Below the pieces are notes generated by a model, which worked only from the letters and a program-made list of their open reading frames with translations, was not told where the DNA came from and searched no databases. A program made the translations under genes and the position numbers. A stretch of 64,000 bases of DNA from assembly GCA_963823335.1 (NCBI GenBank), contig CAWGLD010000004.1, forward strand, positions 224,001-288,000, read 5' to 3'. Shown one piece after another: positions 61,026 to 64,000 of the stretch; position 1 is the stretch's first letter; every line of letters starts with the position of its first letter. The stretch is from an uncultured delta proteobacterium (lineage in GTDB: Bacteria > Desulfobacterota > Desulfobacteria > Desulfobacterales > B30-G6).

Positions 61026-61107
61026 TTGAAGAACCTCGCAGCAAGCTACGAGGAATGTTCTGCCTTACGGCAGAACCTACGGGGAATGCGCTCGCTGTTT
61101 CGGTTCA
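61026..61107 (+). repeat. Dispersed palindromic repeat family A, copy 4
   Basis: TTGAAGAACCTCGCAGCAAGCTACGAGGAATGTTCTGCCTTACGGCAGAAC...GGGAATGCGCTCGCTGTTTCGGTTCA. Confidence 0.85.
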
Positions 61108-61142
61108 CCGCTCCATACCGAATATTTAACGGCATATCCGGG

Positions 61143-61586
61143 TTATTGATCCCACTCAGTCTGGTGTCGCTTTTCGAACTTCTCCAGCTTGCTCACCAGT
61201 TTTTCGCGTTGTTCCGGCGACAAGGTCGCGTGAAGCTCCGCTACCCGATCCACGATGAGGTCTATCACGTCATCCATCCCGGCCCGGTGTTCTGCCACGA
61301 GTGCCTTGACGCGAACCGTGTCGATGGTATCTCCGCCCAACTGGGCTTTGAGTTCGTCGTGTATTTTTCTCTTTTCCGAATGCTTGCCCTTGACCTTGGC
61401 CAAGATTTCATCCTTGTAAGAATTGGCCATAGCCTGCTGTGCCTCAGTCAGATCCAGGGCTTCCGCCAGGTAGTCCATCATAAACGCGGCACCCCTTTGG
61501 TGACCCCGGTGCTGACACCCCACGAAAAAGGTCGATCCAACTCCTATAAGTGCAACGACTGCGATGATGGTTAGTTTTCTTAGCAT
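61143..61586 (-). CDS. Spy/CpxP family periplasmic chaperone (probable lipoprotein)
   Basis: FVGC lipobox; LDLTEAQ and LSPEQR LTxxQ motifs. Confidence 0.85.
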   Translation of the reverse strand: MLRKLTIIAVVALIGVGSTFFVGCQHRGHQRGAAFMMDYLAEALDLTEAQQAMANSYKDEILAKVKGKHSEKRKIHDELKAQLGGDTIDTVRVKALVAEHRAGMDDVIDLIVDRVAELHATLSPEQREKLVSKLEKFEKRHQTEWDQ

Positions 61587-61700
61587 AATTACCCCCTTTT
61601 TGTCATCTACCGTTATTGTCGGCGCGGCGCTGATGAACCACTTGTGCCGCGCTGTTGAAGGAAGGGTAATCATATTTTTAGAGAAATGCTTTTCTGTGGG

Positions 61701-61726
61701 GTAACAGTTTGTAACAAGATGTAACA
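61701..61726. promoter_or_regulatory. OmpR/CpxR-type tandem binding site
   Basis: GTAACA x3 at exact 10-bp periodicity upstream of the cpxP-like gene. Confidence 0.7.
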
Positions 61727-61796
61727 GGAGCATCTGCGGGACGATCAGATCGCAGTTTTTCTCTTCGGCAACCGCCAGGATCACCTAAAATCGATC

Positions 61797-62795
61797 TTAT
61801 GATTTTTTAGCGGACAGGATCCCCGATTCGGTGGGACCACGATAGGGCGTCCGCTGGATATCGCTTAAACCGGCCTGTTTCATCATATCCACAAATTCCT
61901 GTTCCGTATAGGATCTTCCTTCAGGCGTACCCAGAAGCATGTTCATGGAAAAGAGTGTCGGAAACAAAGGGCCGTCTCTGGTATCGTCCAGAATAAAGTC
62001 ATGCAGCAACAACATGCCTCCGGATGTCAGCATCTTTGCAGCCTTTTGGATCATGTTTTGACAATCCGCCGGTCCCTCGCCATGCAGAATATGCGACATC
62101 CAAACGACATCGTGCTGGCCCTGCATCGCTTCCGTGACATAATCGCCCGCCATAAATGAAATGCGCTCGCTCAATCCGAATTGAGCGATGGTTTTTTCCG
62201 CAAAGGGCCTTGTGGTGGGCAGATCAAAGACAACGGCCTGCAACTGCGGATTCTGCAGACAAAAATGAATCGCATAGGTGCCCGGGCCCCCTCCCATATC
62301 CAGCAGGTTTCGATACGCTGACAAATCAATATTCTCAACCAGGTGGGGTGCCTGAAGCATGGCATTGTTGAACATCCCCATGAGAAAGGCTTCACGTACC
62401 GATTCATCATTGAAAGACGAGCGGGTTCGCACCGGCTTGCCGGTGAGAACGGCCTGGTCCAGCTTGGACCAGGATTCCACCAGATGATGGTGATGCAAGA
62501 TCATAAAGCCCAGATAGGCTTTTGAGTCTTTTCGCAAAAACCGTCCGACAGCATTCACGTTGAGATAGGTATTCTCTTTTTTCTCGACAAGCCCCATTGC
62601 CGCAAGGGCGTTGAGCAGACGATCAACGGCGTCGGTATCGGCACCGATTTTCTCCGCAACCGTTTTGCCGTTCATTGCCTCATCGCCGATGGTGGTGAAT
62701 ATGTCCAGTTTTACAGCGGCATGCAGCGTACATGTTTTCCAGTACTGGCCGGAAATTCCCAAAAGTGTGCCTGGATTCCAATTCGGTTTTTCCAT
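61797..62795 (-). CDS. O-methyltransferase (Methyltransf_2 with dimerisation domain)
   Basis: AVKLDIF, LLDMGGGPG, FDLP, GDY, SHILH. Confidence 0.88.
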   Translation of the reverse strand: MEKPNWNPGTLLGISGQYWKTCTLHAAVKLDIFTTIGDEAMNGKTVAEKIGADTDAVDRLLNALAAMGLVEKKENTYLNVNAVGRFLRKDSKAYLGFMILHHHHLVESWSKLDQAVLTGKPVRTRSSFNDESVREAFLMGMFNNAMLQAPHLVENIDLSAYRNLLDMGGGPGTYAIHFCLQNPQLQAVVFDLPTTRPFAEKTIAQFGLSERISFMAGDYVTEAMQGQHDVVWMSHILHGEGPADCQNMIQKAAKMLTSGGMLLLHDFILDDTRDGPLFPTLFSMNMLLGTPEGRSYTEQEFVDMMKQAGLSDIQRTPYRGPTESGILSAKKS

Positions 62796-62821
62796 GTTGC
62801 CCCCTGATAATGTTGAAACAA

Positions 62822-64000
62822 TCACAGCAATTCCTCTACCCAGTCAAGACCTAACTCAATCAATTTCCCATGACGGGGTCGGCCGGTTTCAGGATCACAA
62901 TTGATCATCTCGTAGTACAAAGCAATGGCCTTATCAAAGTCATCCTCTTCAAATATCTGCTTGCCGGAACCTGGGCCATCGGGCTTCGGATTGAAGAGCC
63001 GCTTTGGCAGCCGATCATCTTTAATTGTAAATCCCTCGCGGCTGTTAAATGCACGCGCCAGCATGGAACCTCTCTCGGCAGCTGTCAACAGTTCATCAAT
63101 ATTTGTATTCCATCCTGTTATCGCATTTAGGGATTGAACCATGACACCCAGCGGTATTACACCCCGTGGGGCATAGCCAAACACGCAGAGTCCCAATGCG
63201 TCCATCATCCGCCACAGTTTTTCCAACTGCATGTAGCTCCGAACTTTTTCATCTGTAATCTCCGTGGCAGACACGGCCTTGTCAATTCCCAGTGCTTTTA
63301 CTGATTTAAACGAAAAGGAGTTTTCATCGATCAAAACAGGATCATGGGCGGCAGTCATATGATCCGCTCCGTAGGTACTGACCGCAAAACCGATCCCCAC
63401 ACCGACCTTCACACGCGGGTCATGCATGGAAAGTTCCTGGCCTTTGACCGAGAGGTTACAGGACTGATCCTCTACCCCCCATTTCTTTGCCAGACGCGCA
63501 GACCCGTTTGCCAGAACATCACCAAACCCCTCACGTTTGGCAATCATTTCCAGAAGCGCTATCATCAGATCTGCATCACCGAAGCGCAACTGCAGGCCTC
63601 CCGTATCTTCCTTGGAAATAATACCTTCCTGGAAACACTCGCAGGCCAGGGCGATTGTCATCCCGGCACTGATGGTATCCATGCAGTAGCGGTTGCAGAT
63701 TTCATTTCCCTTTGCAATCGCTTTTAGATCCACAATGTTTAGATTTGTACCCAGAGCTGAAATGGTTTCGTATTCAGGTCCTCCATAACGCGAATCGATA
63801 CCATATTTGGGGTCATCCAGAGCGATCCCTCTTTTGCATTGAATCGGACATCTGTAACAGCCTTTTCTCTTTTGAAGTAATAGCTTGTTATAGGTATCGC
63901 CGCTGACGGGTGAGGGATCGTCCAACGCGCTGCGCCGGAAGTTGTCGACCGGCAAAGCCCCTGCATCGGACAGTATTTTGGCAAATGCTGTGGTGCCATA
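62822..64000 (-). CDS. Aldehyde ferredoxin oxidoreductase family, C-terminal part (5' end outside window)
   Basis: CYRCPIQC, GPEYET, DTISAG, VKGQE..MHDPR, GADH, DDRLPKR. Confidence 0.9.
   Translation of the reverse strand, partial: YGTTAFAKILSDAGALPVDNFRRSALDDPSPVSGDTYNKLLLQKRKGCYRCPIQCKRGIALDDPKYGIDSRYGGPEYETISALGTNLNIVDLKAIAKGNEICNRYCMDTISAGMTIALACECFQEGIISKEDTGGLQLRFGDADLMIALLEMIAKREGFGDVLANGSARLAKKWGVEDQSCNLSVKGQELSMHDPRVKVGVGIGFAVSTYGADHMTAAHDPVLIDENSFSFKSVKALGIDKAVSATEITDEKVRSYMQLEKLWRMMDALGLCVFGYAPRGVIPLGVMVQSLNAITGWNTNIDELLTAAERGSMLARAFNSREGFTIKDDRLPKRLFNPKPDGPGSGKQIFEEDDFDKAIALYYEMINCDPETGRPRHGKLIELGLDWVEELL

Overview
Bacterial chromosomal window of roughly 50% GC. Gene content and intergenic repeat style suggest a Desulfobacterales-like (Desulfobacterota) anaerobe; this is inference, as no marker gene is present. 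Main blocks: (1) 0.1-31 kb, a light/oxidative/lipid-modification stress region (class II photolyase, DUF523/DUF1722, DUF2867 SDR, lipocalin, FAD oxidoreductase-DUF1365-Cfa cluster, DUF1295, MFS, chalcone-isomerase-like, DUF2177). It includes a PAS-LuxR regulator and a shared 15-bp ATAGKTWWTACCTAT upstream motif. Within it, katG, cydA, cydB and a methyltransferase have each been gutted by an internal deletion. (2) metY-metX-metW, a DAC-domain protein, and a complete Y1/RAYT-type transposase bounded by 27-bp inverted repeats. (3) A sigma54/ZraSR-like copper/zinc envelope-stress regulon with two multicopper oxidases and a stretch of deletion remnants. (4) An unannotated GrdB/PrdB-like selenoprotein (in-frame TGA in a UxxC motif plus a SECIS-like hairpin) convergent with an arsC-less arsenic cluster (arsR-arsP-trx-trx-ccdA-acr3). 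(5) A CpxP/CpxRA-like module, an O-methyltransferase and a partial AOR. Several dispersed structured repeats occur, including a three-copy double hairpin with compensatory base changes. No rRNA, tRNA or CRISPR array was seen. Family assignments come from motif recognition only; no database search was run.
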